The notes under the pieces were generated by a model that saw only the letters and a list, made by a program, of their open reading frames with translations, ran no database searches and was not told where the DNA came from. Shown one piece after another: positions 36,928 to 46,196 of a DNA stretch of 64,000 bases. Origin of the DNA: an uncultured Alphaproteobacteria bacterium (lineage in GTDB: Bacteria > Pseudomonadota > Alphaproteobacteria > Rs-D84); assembly GCA_944392815.1 (NCBI GenBank), contig CALXXY010000002.1:96001-160000 (forward strand). The letters run 5' to 3'. The position numbers were made by a program, and so were the translations under genes. Position 1 is the stretch's first letter; each line of letters starts with the position of its first letter.

Positions 36928-37794
36928 ATGAACTATATTGATATATTTTTAGAATCACTGTCTGCAGAACGTGGCCGCAGTCAAAAAACATTGGACAGTT
37001 ATGCGTCCGACCTGCGCCATGCAGACGAAAATCTACCCGGGGGACTGTTGGGTGCAACGGGCACGGATATTCAAAATTATTTATCAAATCTGAATGAACG
37101 CCCAACATCAATTGCCCGCCATGCCAGCGCCCTGCGCGGATTTTACAAATTTTTAATGCTGGAAAAAATCATTTCACAAAATCCTGCCGCCAACCTGGAA
37201 TTACCCAAACGTACCCAGTCATTACCAAAATGTTTATCATTACAGGAAATTGAATTGCTAATTTCGTCCGCGGGTGACGTTCATAATGCCACACGTCTGC
37301 GCGCCATGATGGAATTGGTATACGCATCAGGCCTGCGCGTGTCGGAATTATGCGAATTACCAATGACCGCAAACCTGGGGGATAAATTATTAATTCATGG
37401 CAAAGGTGCCAAGGAACGCATTGTTCCCATGCACGAACGCGCCCAATACGCCCTGCGGAAATGGTTGGAAATTCGTGGCGATGATAAATCAAAATATATA
37501 TTTCCAGGCCCCGGCAAAACGGGCCACATAACCCGCGATGGATTTTTCAAAATTCTGAAAAAATGCGCGGTATTGGCCGGCATCAACCCCGCCAGGGTCA
37601 GCCCCCACGTACTGCGCCATTCATTTGCGTCGCACCTGTTGGCGGGTGGTGCAAACCTGCGTGCAATACAAACCATGCTCGGGCACGAGGATATTTCCAC
37701 AACACAAATATACACCCACGTTTTACCGGATAAATTGCGTGAAACAGTTGTACAACATCACCCACTGGCACATATGGGGGACAATAATAAATGA
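36928..37794 (+). CDS. xerD: Tyrosine recombinase XerD
   Basis: ERG.S..T..SY..DL, YASGLRVSEL, GKG.KER and SPHVLRHSFASHLL.GGANLR.IQ.MLGH.DISTTQIYTHV. Confidence 0.88.
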   Translation: MNYIDIFLESLSAERGRSQKTLDSYASDLRHADENLPGGLLGATGTDIQNYLSNLNERPTSIARHASALRGFYKFLMLEKIISQNPAANLELPKRTQSLPKCLSLQEIELLISSAGDVHNATRLRAMMELVYASGLRVSELCELPMTANLGDKLLIHGKGAKERIVPMHERAQYALRKWLEIRGDDKSKYIFPGPGKTGHITRDGFFKILKKCAVLAGINPARVSPHVLRHSFASHLLAGGANLRAIQTMLGHEDISTTQIYTHVLPDKLRETVVQHHPLAHMGDNNK

Positions 37795-38300
37795 TAAAAA
37801 AATGTGATCACCCTGGCTGCAACAAAGCCGGCACCTGTCGTGCACCCAAAACGCGCGATTTGCGTGAATATTGGTGGTTTTGTCGTGAACATGCCGCCGA
37901 ATATAACAAGAATTGGAATTATTACGCCGGCATGACCCCAGACGAAATAGAAGAAGATTGGGAACGCCAAACGTTTGGCGCGCCCCTGCGCGATAAAAAT
38001 CAGGTCGAATCCGATCAACGCGATTATATAAAATTTTTGAACGATTTTATCACAGGCCGCGATACATTTGACCGCGCACCCGCACGACGCAATACCCTGC
38101 CCGGTCGCGTGACAGCGGCATTGAATGCGTTGGAATTACCGATAACCGCATCATGGCGTGAAATTTCGGCACGATATCGCGCATTGGCCAAACGCCACCA
38201 CCCAGATACCACAACCGGTGACAAAACCGCAGCCGCGAAACAATTTACAAAAATCACCGACGCATATAACGTGTTAAAAAAACATTTCGGCAAAAAATAA
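37791..38300 (+). CDS. J-domain protein (N-terminal Cys motif, C-terminal HPD)
   Basis: CDHPGC...FC.EH..EYN..WNYY and HHPD J-domain. Confidence 0.85.
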   Translation: MIKKCDHPGCNKAGTCRAPKTRDLREYWWFCREHAAEYNKNWNYYAGMTPDEIEEDWERQTFGAPLRDKNQVESDQRDYIKFLNDFITGRDTFDRAPARRNTLPGRVTAALNALELPITASWREISARYRALAKRHHPDTTTGDKTAAAKQFTKITDAYNVLKKHFGKK

Positions 38301-38349
38301 TCAAGAAATACTGAAGTCGGATTTATAAATTAATTTGATGCAGAGAGTA

Positions 38350-38509
38350 TTATAAATCAATTAGAATTGTGCAGATACGCGTGATTTGACGCAGGGAGTG
38401 TTATAAATCAATTAGAACCGCGCAGATGCGCCGCGGTTGGCGTCGGGAACGTACAGAAGCTACGTGACCAAAGCCAACCGCAAGCAGATGCGTGGTTATA
38501 ATTGATTTA
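38350..38509. repeat. RPE-like palindromic element (38404-38509) preceded by a degenerate tandem half-copy
   Basis: Outer arms TAAATCAATTAGAACCGCGCA / TGCGTGGTTATAATTGATTTA and inner arms GCGGTTGGC / GCCAACCGC around a CGTAC..TACGTGA core. TTATAAATCAATTAGAA occurs at 38350 and 38401. Confidence 0.7.
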
Positions 38510-39401
38510 GGTAGGCGATGGCGTCCATGGCCGCACTACACCCTGTCCCGACAGCCGTCGCGATTTGCATTTTTATATCCGATTCGACGTCACCGGCAAC
38601 AAACATGCCACGGGGCAAAGATGATGGGGATAAACGTCCCATGTTATCACGGGGAACATCTTCGGACAGGTAATCGGTGTTGGCCTCGTGCCCGATGGCA
38701 ACGAATAAACCGTCGCAGATGATTTCATCGTCGTCAGTGGTGGTGATAACCAAACGTTCATCATCACGTTTGACAATTTTTTTCAAATCTGTGTTGAACA
38801 GACATTCGATGTTTTCACGTTCGGCCACACGATTGCGCAGGACGGCCTCGGCCCGGGTGAATGCACCTTTGCGATAAACAATTTTCACACTGCGGGCGAT
38901 ATCAGCCAGATACAAAGCGTCGTTTAATGCGGAATTCCCGCCCCCCATAACAACGACATCTTTTTCAGAAAAGAAAAATCCATCACAGGTTGCGCAATAC
39001 GACACACCTTTGCCGAATAATTCACGCGCGCCTTCTATTTGTAATTTACGCGGGGACGCCCCAGTTGCGATAATAACAGTTTTGCCAACATAGCGGTTAT
39101 CATCGTCGCACAGGATATTAAATCCCGTTTCTGCATCACCAGCAATACTTTTGGCGGACACAAATTTAATTTCTGCGCCAAACGATTCGGCCTGTTTTTT
39201 CATAAATTCGGACAATTCCAAACCACTGCCGGCCCACCCCGGATAGTTTTCCAGCACGGCGATTCCGGCCGTCTGTCCCCCCAGGGTATCGCCCCCCAGA
39301 ACCAAAGTTTTTTTCCCGCCACGTGCACAATACAGCGCGGCCGTCAGCCCAGCCGGTCCAGACCCCAAAATTAAAACGTCATACATAACTATATCGGTCA
39401 T
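38496..39401 (-). CDS. trxB: Thioredoxin reductase
   Basis: GSGPAG, GVSYCATCDG, GGGNSA and GMFVAGDV motifs. Confidence 0.93.
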   Translation of the reverse strand: MTDIVMYDVLILGSGPAGLTAALYCARGGKKTLVLGGDTLGGQTAGIAVLENYPGWAGSGLELSEFMKKQAESFGAEIKFVSAKSIAGDAETGFNILCDDDNRYVGKTVIIATGASPRKLQIEGARELFGKGVSYCATCDGFFFSEKDVVVMGGGNSALNDALYLADIARSVKIVYRKGAFTRAEAVLRNRVAERENIECLFNTDLKKIVKRDDERLVITTTDDDEIICDGLFVAIGHEANTDYLSEDVPRDNMGRLSPSSLPRGMFVAGDVESDIKMQIATAVGTGCSAAMDAIAYLNQL

Positions 39402-39495
39402 ATTTAATTCTCCTGAATAAAGTATGAATTATTTCTGGCACAGAATAACATAATTGGGCACCGCGCGCAAATAATTTCGCGCTGGCATAAAAATG

Positions 39496-39524
39496 TTGAT
39501 TTTTTTGCGCATTCGCAATAAAAT
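39496..39524 (+). promoter_or_regulatory. Sigma70-type promoter of the serS leader
   Basis: TTGATT-17 nt-TAAAAT, then 6 nt, then GTT-ATG. Confidence 0.7.
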
Positions 39525-39533
39525 TTCAACGTT

Positions 39534-39593
39534 ATGATGATTAAATTTATATCTTTGTACGTGTCACAGTCCCCTTTTGGGGTGCGGTTTTAA
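39534..39593 (+). CDS. Putative leader peptide of serS (MMIKFISLYVSQSPFGVRF)
   Basis: Ser codons TCT, TCA and TCC at codons 7, 11 and 13, followed by a CCCC-TTTT-GGGG hairpin. Same layout as the thrS leader. Confidence 0.55.
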   Translation: MMIKFISLYVSQSPFGVRF

Positions 39594-39653
39594 TTTATTT
39601 TTCATTTAATACACATATAATATATACAAACATATAAAATACAGGACAAAGTT

Positions 39654-40934
39654 ATGCTAGACATCAGATTTATTCGTGAAAACCCAGACGCAGTAAAAAA
39701 CGCCTGTCGGGTCAAGGGATTCGATGACAACGTTGATAAAATTTTGGAATTGGACGCGCGCGTGCGCGAATTAAAAACAGTCACCCAAAATATGACGGCT
39801 GAAAAAAACAAAATCACACGTGAAATTCCAACCGCCGTGGACAAAGCGCCATTAATTGCAAAATCCAAACAAATTGGCGACGAAATCGCGGCTGATTTGG
39901 CTGAATTGGCCGAAAAAGAGGCATTATTAACAGATTTACTGCACCGCGTTCCACAAATCCCAGACGCATCGGCCCCGATTGGCCCAGACGATTCGTACAA
40001 TGTCGAAATTCGCCGTGTTGGCACGCCACCGAAATTTGATTTCACCCCACGTGCCCAGTGGGATTTGTTGGATATGAACGGTTGGTGGGCACCAGAAAAA
40101 ATTGCCAAAATTTGTGGCACACGCACATATTGCCTGATTGGTGAAGCAGCCGAATTACAATTGGCAATTGAAACATATGTTATCCAAAAATTAATTTCGC
40201 GCGGATTTACATTTATCGAATGCCCATCTATTACAAAACCGCAAACGATTTTTGACGCAGGCCATTTCATGGGCGCGGATTTATCCGTCATGAATAACGA
40301 CGTATTCATGTTAACCGGCACAGACAGATGTTTGGCCGGGACTGCAGAAATCATTTTGAATTCGCTGCACAGCGGTGAAATTTTATCCGAAAACGATTTG
40401 CCAATAAAATACGCTGGATTTTCGCCCTGCTTCCGCAAAGAGGCCGGCGCCGCAGGCCGCGACACACGCGGACTGGCCCGATTCCATCAGTTTAACAAGG
40501 TTGAACAATACGTATTTTGCACACCTGAACAAAGCGACGAAATGCATGAATTGTTATTGAATAACCTGTGCGACGTTATGGCAGATTTGGAATTACCATA
40601 CCGCGTAATTGCAAATTCTACGGGCGACATGGGATTCAACAAAGTAAAAATGAACGATGTCGAGGCCTGGGTTCCATCTGAAAATTCGTACAAAGAAGTT
40701 GGCAGTTGTTCGTCCATCGGCACATTCCAGGCGCGTCGCACAAACACCCGCTATCGTGAAAACAAAACGAACGAGGTTAAATTCTGCGCCACATTAAACA
40801 ACACCGGTATCGCCGTGCCGCGTGCATTGGTACCATTTTTGGAAAATCATCAAAACGCAGACGGCAGTGTAAATATCCCAGAAAAACTGCAGCCGTTAAT
40901 GGGTGGCCGCAAAAAAATCGGTGGAAAACACTAA
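39654..40934 (+). CDS. serS: Serine--tRNA ligase
   Basis: MLDIRFIREN, GTAE, FRKEAG..GRDTRGL.R.HQF.KVE, EV.SCS, TLNNT and ENHQ motifs. Confidence 0.97.
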   Translation: MLDIRFIRENPDAVKNACRVKGFDDNVDKILELDARVRELKTVTQNMTAEKNKITREIPTAVDKAPLIAKSKQIGDEIAADLAELAEKEALLTDLLHRVPQIPDASAPIGPDDSYNVEIRRVGTPPKFDFTPRAQWDLLDMNGWWAPEKIAKICGTRTYCLIGEAAELQLAIETYVIQKLISRGFTFIECPSITKPQTIFDAGHFMGADLSVMNNDVFMLTGTDRCLAGTAEIILNSLHSGEILSENDLPIKYAGFSPCFRKEAGAAGRDTRGLARFHQFNKVEQYVFCTPEQSDEMHELLLNNLCDVMADLELPYRVIANSTGDMGFNKVKMNDVEAWVPSENSYKEVGSCSSIGTFQARRTNTRYRENKTNEVKFCATLNNTGIAVPRALVPFLENHQNADGSVNIPEKLQPLMGGRKKIGGKH

Positions 40935-40958
40935 AAAACCGGCAAATGCCGGTTTTTT
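40935..40958. terminator. Bidirectional terminator after serS
   Basis: AAAACCGGCA-AA-TGCCGGTTTTTT. Confidence 0.85.
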
Positions 40959-40959
40959 A

Positions 40960-41406
40960 TCATCTTTGTTTTTCTGATTTTATCGCGAATTTTTTTGCAG
41001 ACAGCAACGGGAAATAAAAATCCTTTAAAATATTTGTTGTGTTTCTGTATTTAATCGCCTTTAAGGAATTTAACAACGTCTGTTGTGCTTCTGCACGATA
41101 CCAATCATATTCGTTATACAGGTTTTCCATTGAATTGACAACCGCACTGTACATCAGATATACACGATTGTCGTCCGTACCGGCCGGCATAAATGCATCA
41201 ACCAAATCCATCGGTTCCAAGCCCGCCTTTACACGCACATCATAATCCCCGAACATTTTCGGATTTGCGGCAACACGTGAAACCACGGAAATCGCGTCAT
41301 TTATTCTTTTCAGTGCAATCTGGTCATTGGCGCGTAAACGCTGTTTTTCCAAGAACTTTATGCACTCGGCAAAAAACTGTTGCAATGTCGCATCATAATC
41401 AATCAT
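40960..41406 (-). CDS. Hypothetical protein A (148 aa)
   Basis: ORF with AGGGAG RBS and a TTGACA-16-TATAAT promoter. No family recognised. Confidence 0.75.
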   Translation of the reverse strand: MIDYDATLQQFFAECIKFLEKQRLRANDQIALKRINDAISVVSRVAANPKMFGDYDVRVKAGLEPMDLVDAFMPAGTDDNRVYLMYSAVVNSMENLYNEYDWYRAEAQQTLLNSLKAIKYRNTTNILKDFYFPLLSAKKFAIKSEKQR

Positions 41407-41547
41407 TTTATTACTCCCTGTAATTACACACAGTATTATAGACAAACATAAAAATATGTCAATATTTTATATATAATTTGTTGAAAATGCAAAATTATAG
41501 TACAATCTATTGTTTGCGAAAAAATTATTATACAGGGCATTAAAACT

Positions 41548-41821
41548 ATGGTTATAAAAATCAGAAACATTGCAATTATTGCGCACGTTGACCACGGAAA
41601 AACGACGCTGGTTGATAATATGTTGAAACAATCCGGCACATTCCGCGAAAATGAAAAGGTTGCCGACCGCGTCATGGACAGCGGCGATATAGAACGCGAA
41701 CGCGGCGTTACTATTTCAGCAAATTTTGGAAAATCATCAAAACGCAGACGGCAGTGTAAATATCCCAGAAAAACTGCAGCCATTAATGGGTGGCCGCAAA
41801 AAAATCGGTGGAAAACATTAA
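41548..41821 (+). pseudogene. Chimeric remnant: typA 5' fragment (58 codons) joined out of frame to the serS 3' fragment
   Basis: [17 protein letters not shown]...[10 protein letters not shown] followed by the last 98 nt of serS. Confidence 0.9.
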
Positions 41822-41822
41822 T

Positions 41823-41849
41823 AAAAAAACCGGCATTTGCCGGTTTTTT
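41823..41849. terminator. Duplicate bidirectional terminator
   Basis: AAAAAACCGGCA-TT-TGCCGGTTTTTT. Confidence 0.85.
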
Positions 41850-42414
41850 ATTTCTGACGATTAACACGCACCAATGTCATAATGCCACGCTTTACCTGCA
41901 TCACAGGTTTCATAGCATTGTTAAATTGCGCGATTTTTTTCGCCTGATTTGATACGCGTTCAGCCAATTTGATAATTTTGTTTGCACTTTGCGCAGCGAT
42001 AAAATCAGATGCCGCTTTGTTATCTGTACGCTTATATTCCCATTTTTGCACCAATGAACAAAAATAGAAAAAATCAGAACTTGTTTTTGCATCAAACGCG
42101 CCAGGCACATTGTTCAACACCATAATTGTTGGATCCGGCACAATGTAAAACGCATAGTTGGCACCAACGCCCTTTTCCCTGGCAAAAGAATTTGCACGCC
42201 ACAACCAATCTTCTTCTGTCGCGGCCCGCGAAAAATATTCAGCCGGATTACGTGCAACACCCCCCAAATACACCAACGCGCGCGCCGCAGCCACACGTTC
42301 ACCATGCGCCATTTTGGCCCAATTACGCGCGATTTGTGCACGTGCAATACCGTGATATGCGGCAAACCCATTGCGAATCGCCGTATGAACTTCTTGTTCT
42401 TTAAATTCTTTCAT
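41848..42414 (-). CDS. Hypothetical protein B (188 aa)
   Basis: ORF with AAGGA RBS. Weak VA.NP..F similarity to protein A. Confidence 0.78.
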   Translation of the reverse strand: MKEFKEQEVHTAIRNGFAAYHGIARAQIARNWAKMAHGERVAAARALVYLGGVARNPAEYFSRAATEEDWLWRANSFAREKGVGANYAFYIVPDPTIMVLNNVPGAFDAKTSSDFFYFCSLVQKWEYKRTDNKAASDFIAAQSANKIIKLAERVSNQAKKIAQFNNAMKPVMQVKRGIMTLVRVNRQK

Positions 42415-42568
42415 AATAATATGTCCTTGTTTTTTAACCCCTATACATATAACACAAAAATAAAAAATGTCAATATTTTTTACAGATATTTGTTGAAAAT
42501 TTCATTTTATAGTATAATCTATGGACTACGAAATTTTTAGCACAAAATACAAACAGGACACATAAATA

Positions 42569-44407
42569 ATGACTATGAAAATTCGCAATATTGCAATTAT
42601 TGCACACGTTGACCACGGAAAAACGACGCTGGTTGATAATATGTTGAAACAATCCGGCACATTCCGCGAAAATGAAAAGGTTGCCGACCGCGTCATGGAC
42701 AGCGGCGATATAGAACGCGAACGCGGCATTACTATTTCGGCAAAACCGACCGCGATTCAATGGAACGATTATAAAATCAATATCGTGGACACCCCGGGTC
42801 ACGCCGATTTTGGCGGCGAAGTGGAACGTATTTTATCCATGGTTGACGGCGTTGTGTTATTGGTCGATGCGGCCGAAGGCCCACTGCCCCAAACCAAATT
42901 TGTATTGTCCAAGGCATTAAAACTGGGGCTGCGCCCGATTGTGTGCATTAATAAAATCGACAGATCTGACGCCCGCCCGGACGAGGTTTTAAACGAAACA
43001 TTCGACCTGTTTGATAAATTGGGCGCAACCGATTCGCAATTGGATTTTCCATACCTGTTTGCATGTGGCCGCGATGGTTGGGCTGTGCGTAATTTAACCG
43101 ATGAACACAAAGATTTAACCCCGCTGTTTCAATTAATCATAGACCACGTCCCTGCCCCTGACTGCAACGGCACACGTTGTCAAATCGACGCGCCATTTTC
43201 TATGTTGGCCACCACGCTAGAGGCCGACCCCTATGTAGGACGCATTTTAACCGGCAAAATCGAATCGGGCACGGTTCGCGTTGGCCAAACTGTCAAAGCC
43301 ATCAATATGCGTGGCGAATTGGTCGAATCAACAAAAATCACAAAAATAATCGAACACCGCGGCATTGAAAAAGTATCCCTGGATTCAGCGTCCGCCGGCG
43401 ACATCGTTGTGGTTGCCGGATTTTCGCGCGCAACCGTGGCAGACACCCTGTGTGCGCCAGACGTCACCGAACCAATTCCGGCCATGCCAATTGATCCGCC
43501 AACCCTGACCATGACGTTTTTTGTAAACACATCGCCATTGGCGGGCCAATCGGGCAAAAAATTAACATCACGTATGATTGGCGAACGCCTGTTCAAAGAG
43601 GCCGAAACCAACATCGCCCTGCGCGTGACACAAAGTGCAAACAACGAATCGTTCGAAGTATCCGGCCGTGGTGAATTACAATTGGGTATTTTAATCGAAA
43701 CAATGCGCCGCGAGGGATTTGAATTAAGCGTATCCCGCCCACGCGTTGTTATGCAGGACGGCCCAAATGGTGAAAAACTGGAACCAATCGAAGAAGTCGT
43801 CATCGACGTAGACGACGAATTTTCTGGTGTTGTTATTGAAAAAATGACCAAGCGCAAAGCGCAAATCACAGAAATGAAATCGTCTGGCGGCGGCAAAACC
43901 CGCATAGTATTTTCCGCCCCATCGCGCGGATTAATCGGATATCTGTCCGAATTCCGCACAGACACGCGTGGCACGGGCATAATGAACCGCGTCTTTTCTG
44001 GATACGAACCGTATCGCGGCCCGATTTCACAATATCGCCCAGGCGTGTTGGTATCAATGGAAAGTGGCGTGACAACAACATACGCCCTGCATAATTTGGA
44101 ACCACGTGGTGTGCTGTTTGTCGGCCCACAAACCGAAGTATATTCCGGCATGATTGTTGGCGAACACAGCAAAGAAAATGATTTAGAGGTCAACCCAGTC
44201 CGTGGCAAAGAATTAACAAACGTCCGTTCCGTCACGGCCGACGAAAAATTATTCCTGGCCCCGCCACGTAAAATATCATTGGAAGAAGCCCTGTCCTATA
44301 TCCAGGACGACGAATTGGTCGAAGTCACCCCCGCAACGATTCGTCTGCGCAAAAAAGAATTGGACAGCAACATTCGCAAAAAAACACGGAAAAACACGGA
44401 AATTTAA
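42569..44407 (+). CDS. typA: Translational GTPase TypA/BipA
   Basis: [42 protein letters not shown] and DELVEVTP motifs. Confidence 0.97.
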   Translation: MTMKIRNIAIIAHVDHGKTTLVDNMLKQSGTFRENEKVADRVMDSGDIERERGITISAKPTAIQWNDYKINIVDTPGHADFGGEVERILSMVDGVVLLVDAAEGPLPQTKFVLSKALKLGLRPIVCINKIDRSDARPDEVLNETFDLFDKLGATDSQLDFPYLFACGRDGWAVRNLTDEHKDLTPLFQLIIDHVPAPDCNGTRCQIDAPFSMLATTLEADPYVGRILTGKIESGTVRVGQTVKAINMRGELVESTKITKIIEHRGIEKVSLDSASAGDIVVVAGFSRATVADTLCAPDVTEPIPAMPIDPPTLTMTFFVNTSPLAGQSGKKLTSRMIGERLFKEAETNIALRVTQSANNESFEVSGRGELQLGILIETMRREGFELSVSRPRVVMQDGPNGEKLEPIEEVVIDVDDEFSGVVIEKMTKRKAQITEMKSSGGGKTRIVFSAPSRGLIGYLSEFRTDTRGTGIMNRVFSGYEPYRGPISQYRPGVLVSMESGVTTTYALHNLEPRGVLFVGPQTEVYSGMIVGEHSKENDLEVNPVRGKELTNVRSVTADEKLFLAPPRKISLEEALSYIQDDELVEVTPATIRLRKKELDSNIRKKTRKNTEI

Positions 44408-44493
44408 TTCCGCACACGACCTGTTCGCCACAGGTCGTTTTTCTTTTCCCGCCCCACCCCCTTGCAAAAAATTAAAAATCTGTAAAAATTATA

Positions 44494-45360
44494 ATGAATA
44501 TGAAAAAAAATTCTACTAACAAACGATTATTTTTAATGGCCGGATACAGTGCACAGCAAATTGTGGACACGGCCCTGATTTACATGGTGCGCGCTTTGGC
44601 CGAATGCGGCGACGTTGTGCTGTTCATGGACAGTGATGTTCCAAACAGCGAACTGGCCAAAATTTCAAAATACACTGTTTACGCAAACGCGAAACGCCAT
44701 GGCGAATATGATTTTGGGTCGTACAAGCGTGCATACACATACGCGCGCGATACAGGCATTTTAAAAAATTATGAATTTGTATATTTAATAAACGATTCGG
44801 TATACGGACCATTGTATCCAATCGCGCCATATTTTGAAAAAATGGAATCGTTTAATACACCGGCATTCGGATTGGTGTGGCACCCACACAAAACGTCACC
44901 ACATATTCAATCGTGGCTTATTGGAATGCGCCCAGATGTATTTTTATCCCCATGGTTTGATGAATTCATAACGTCCGTCACACACCAGGTGGACAAAGGA
45001 ACCGTCACATACCTGTACGAACGCGGATTCACCCGCCAATTGGAAACACGCAATATCCCGTGGCGCTGCACGTTTGCCGCCCCTGGTCGCAGCATTTACA
45101 ACAAAATAAAAAAATTTTATCGCATGGGATTGCCTTTTATGAAAAAATGCGCGTTCACACGACACAACGGCCGATTGGGCGGACAGATTTTATATGTTTT
45201 AAACCACATATCACCCGACGCCCGCGATTCGTTTTTGTCCGCCGCACGTGCGACATATGGTGACAAATACATAACATGGCTGTTGACGCGAAATCCATTT
45301 AAAATATGGTTGCGAAACATAAAATATTTCACTCACAAAATTTGCACAGAAAAACTATGA
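44494..45360 (+). CDS. Rhamnan synthesis F (RgpF)-like polysaccharide protein
   Basis: YDFGSYK, L.NDS.YGP, HIQSW, YE.G.T and PF.KK motifs. Confidence 0.75.
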   Translation: MNMKKNSTNKRLFLMAGYSAQQIVDTALIYMVRALAECGDVVLFMDSDVPNSELAKISKYTVYANAKRHGEYDFGSYKRAYTYARDTGILKNYEFVYLINDSVYGPLYPIAPYFEKMESFNTPAFGLVWHPHKTSPHIQSWLIGMRPDVFLSPWFDEFITSVTHQVDKGTVTYLYERGFTRQLETRNIPWRCTFAAPGRSIYNKIKKFYRMGLPFMKKCAFTRHNGRLGGQILYVLNHISPDARDSFLSAARATYGDKYITWLLTRNPFKIWLRNIKYFTHKICTEKL

Positions 45361-46196
45361 AACAAAAAATAAAAAAAATCGCTGCCATAACAATGGCACG
45401 CAACGATGAATTTTTTCTGACCCGGTGGATAAAATATTACGGTGACGAAATCGGCACAGAAAATTTATACATTTATCTGGACGGTACGGATCAAATTATC
45501 CCGAAAAATGCCGGGCACGCACATGTAAAAAAATTACCCCACACCGATATGACACGCGCCACAGGCGACAAATATCGCATAGGGTTAATGAATGATTTAT
45601 CACGCGAATTGTTAAAAACATATGACATCGTCATCGGTTGCGATTGCGACGAATTTTTAATCGTCGACCCCAACACAAATAAATCATTGTCCGAATATCT
45701 GTCGACGATACACATAAAAAATACGGTATCTGGCCTGGGGCTGGACGTTGGTCAAAATATGAATATGGAACATGAATTAAATCCGCACGCACCAATATTG
45801 ACCCAACGCGAATACGCCCTGTTGTCCACACGATATACAAAACCAGTTGTAAAAAATGCGCCCATTGATTGGGGTTCTGGATTCCACAGCATATCGGGAC
45901 ACAATTTTCATATTGATAAAAATTTATACCTGTTGCACTTTGGCGCGGTCGATATGAAAATGCTGGAACAAAAGGCCGCGGCCCGCGGCGCAGATTGGCT
46001 GGCCCACCTGCGCAGACGCGGCAACGGCACAATTAACGCAGTGACCCAACTGCCCGCACAAAACGAAAAATGGTTGCGCCGCGCACGCATTTTGCAAACC
46101 ATCGCGCGCCCAATATATGCACTGGACAAACCTGGAATGTTGGGAATAAAGCGCGTGGTAAAAATTCCCACCCGTTTTAAAAAATCAGGCATATGA
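45357..46196 (+). CDS. GT2-like glycosyltransferase
   Basis: ITM.RND.FFL..W..YY and CDCDEFLIVDP (DxD) motifs. Confidence 0.78.
   Translation: MKQKIKKIAAITMARNDEFFLTRWIKYYGDEIGTENLYIYLDGTDQIIPKNAGHAHVKKLPHTDMTRATGDKYRIGLMNDLSRELLKTYDIVIGCDCDEFLIVDPNTNKSLSEYLSTIHIKNTVSGLGLDVGQNMNMEHELNPHAPILTQREYALLSTRYTKPVVKNAPIDWGSGFHSISGHNFHIDKNLYLLHFGAVDMKMLEQKAAARGADWLAHLRRRGNGTINAVTQLPAQNEKWLRRARILQTIARPIYALDKPGMLGIKRVVKIPTRFKKSGI

Larger units (their letters stand above)
40837..42744. repeat. Tandem two-unit structure [serS 3' end - terminator - orphan gene - promoters - typA 5' end]
   Basis: 41724-41821 matches 40837-40934 (96/98 nt). 41548-41723 matches 42569-42744 (10 differences in 176 nt). Confidence 0.92.

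Noticed and set aside
36928-37794. Tyrosine recombinase as a phage or island integrase
   Set aside because: It has typical XerD motifs in a housekeeping context, with no att sites or cargo genes.
38310-38509. Possible CRISPR array (recurring TTATAAATCAATTAGAA)
   Set aside because: There are only two good copies, the would-be spacers resemble each other, and no cas genes are present. A palindromic element explains it better.
41548-41952. 134-aa ORF as a functional short GTPase
   Set aside because: It has only G1/G2 of TypA, then out-of-frame serS sequence, and it reads through a terminator. It is a junction remnant.
42521-42565. uORF MDYEIFSTKYKQDT upstream of typA
   Set aside because: The ATG lies 2 nt after the -10 hexamer, upstream of the expected TSS, and the ATG is absent from the duplicated copy.
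43231-44235. Long antisense ORFs (334 aa here, also 27177-28007 and 39602-40465)
   Set aside because: They are shadow frames opposite well-conserved genes (typA, ftsK, serS) and show no recognisable motifs.
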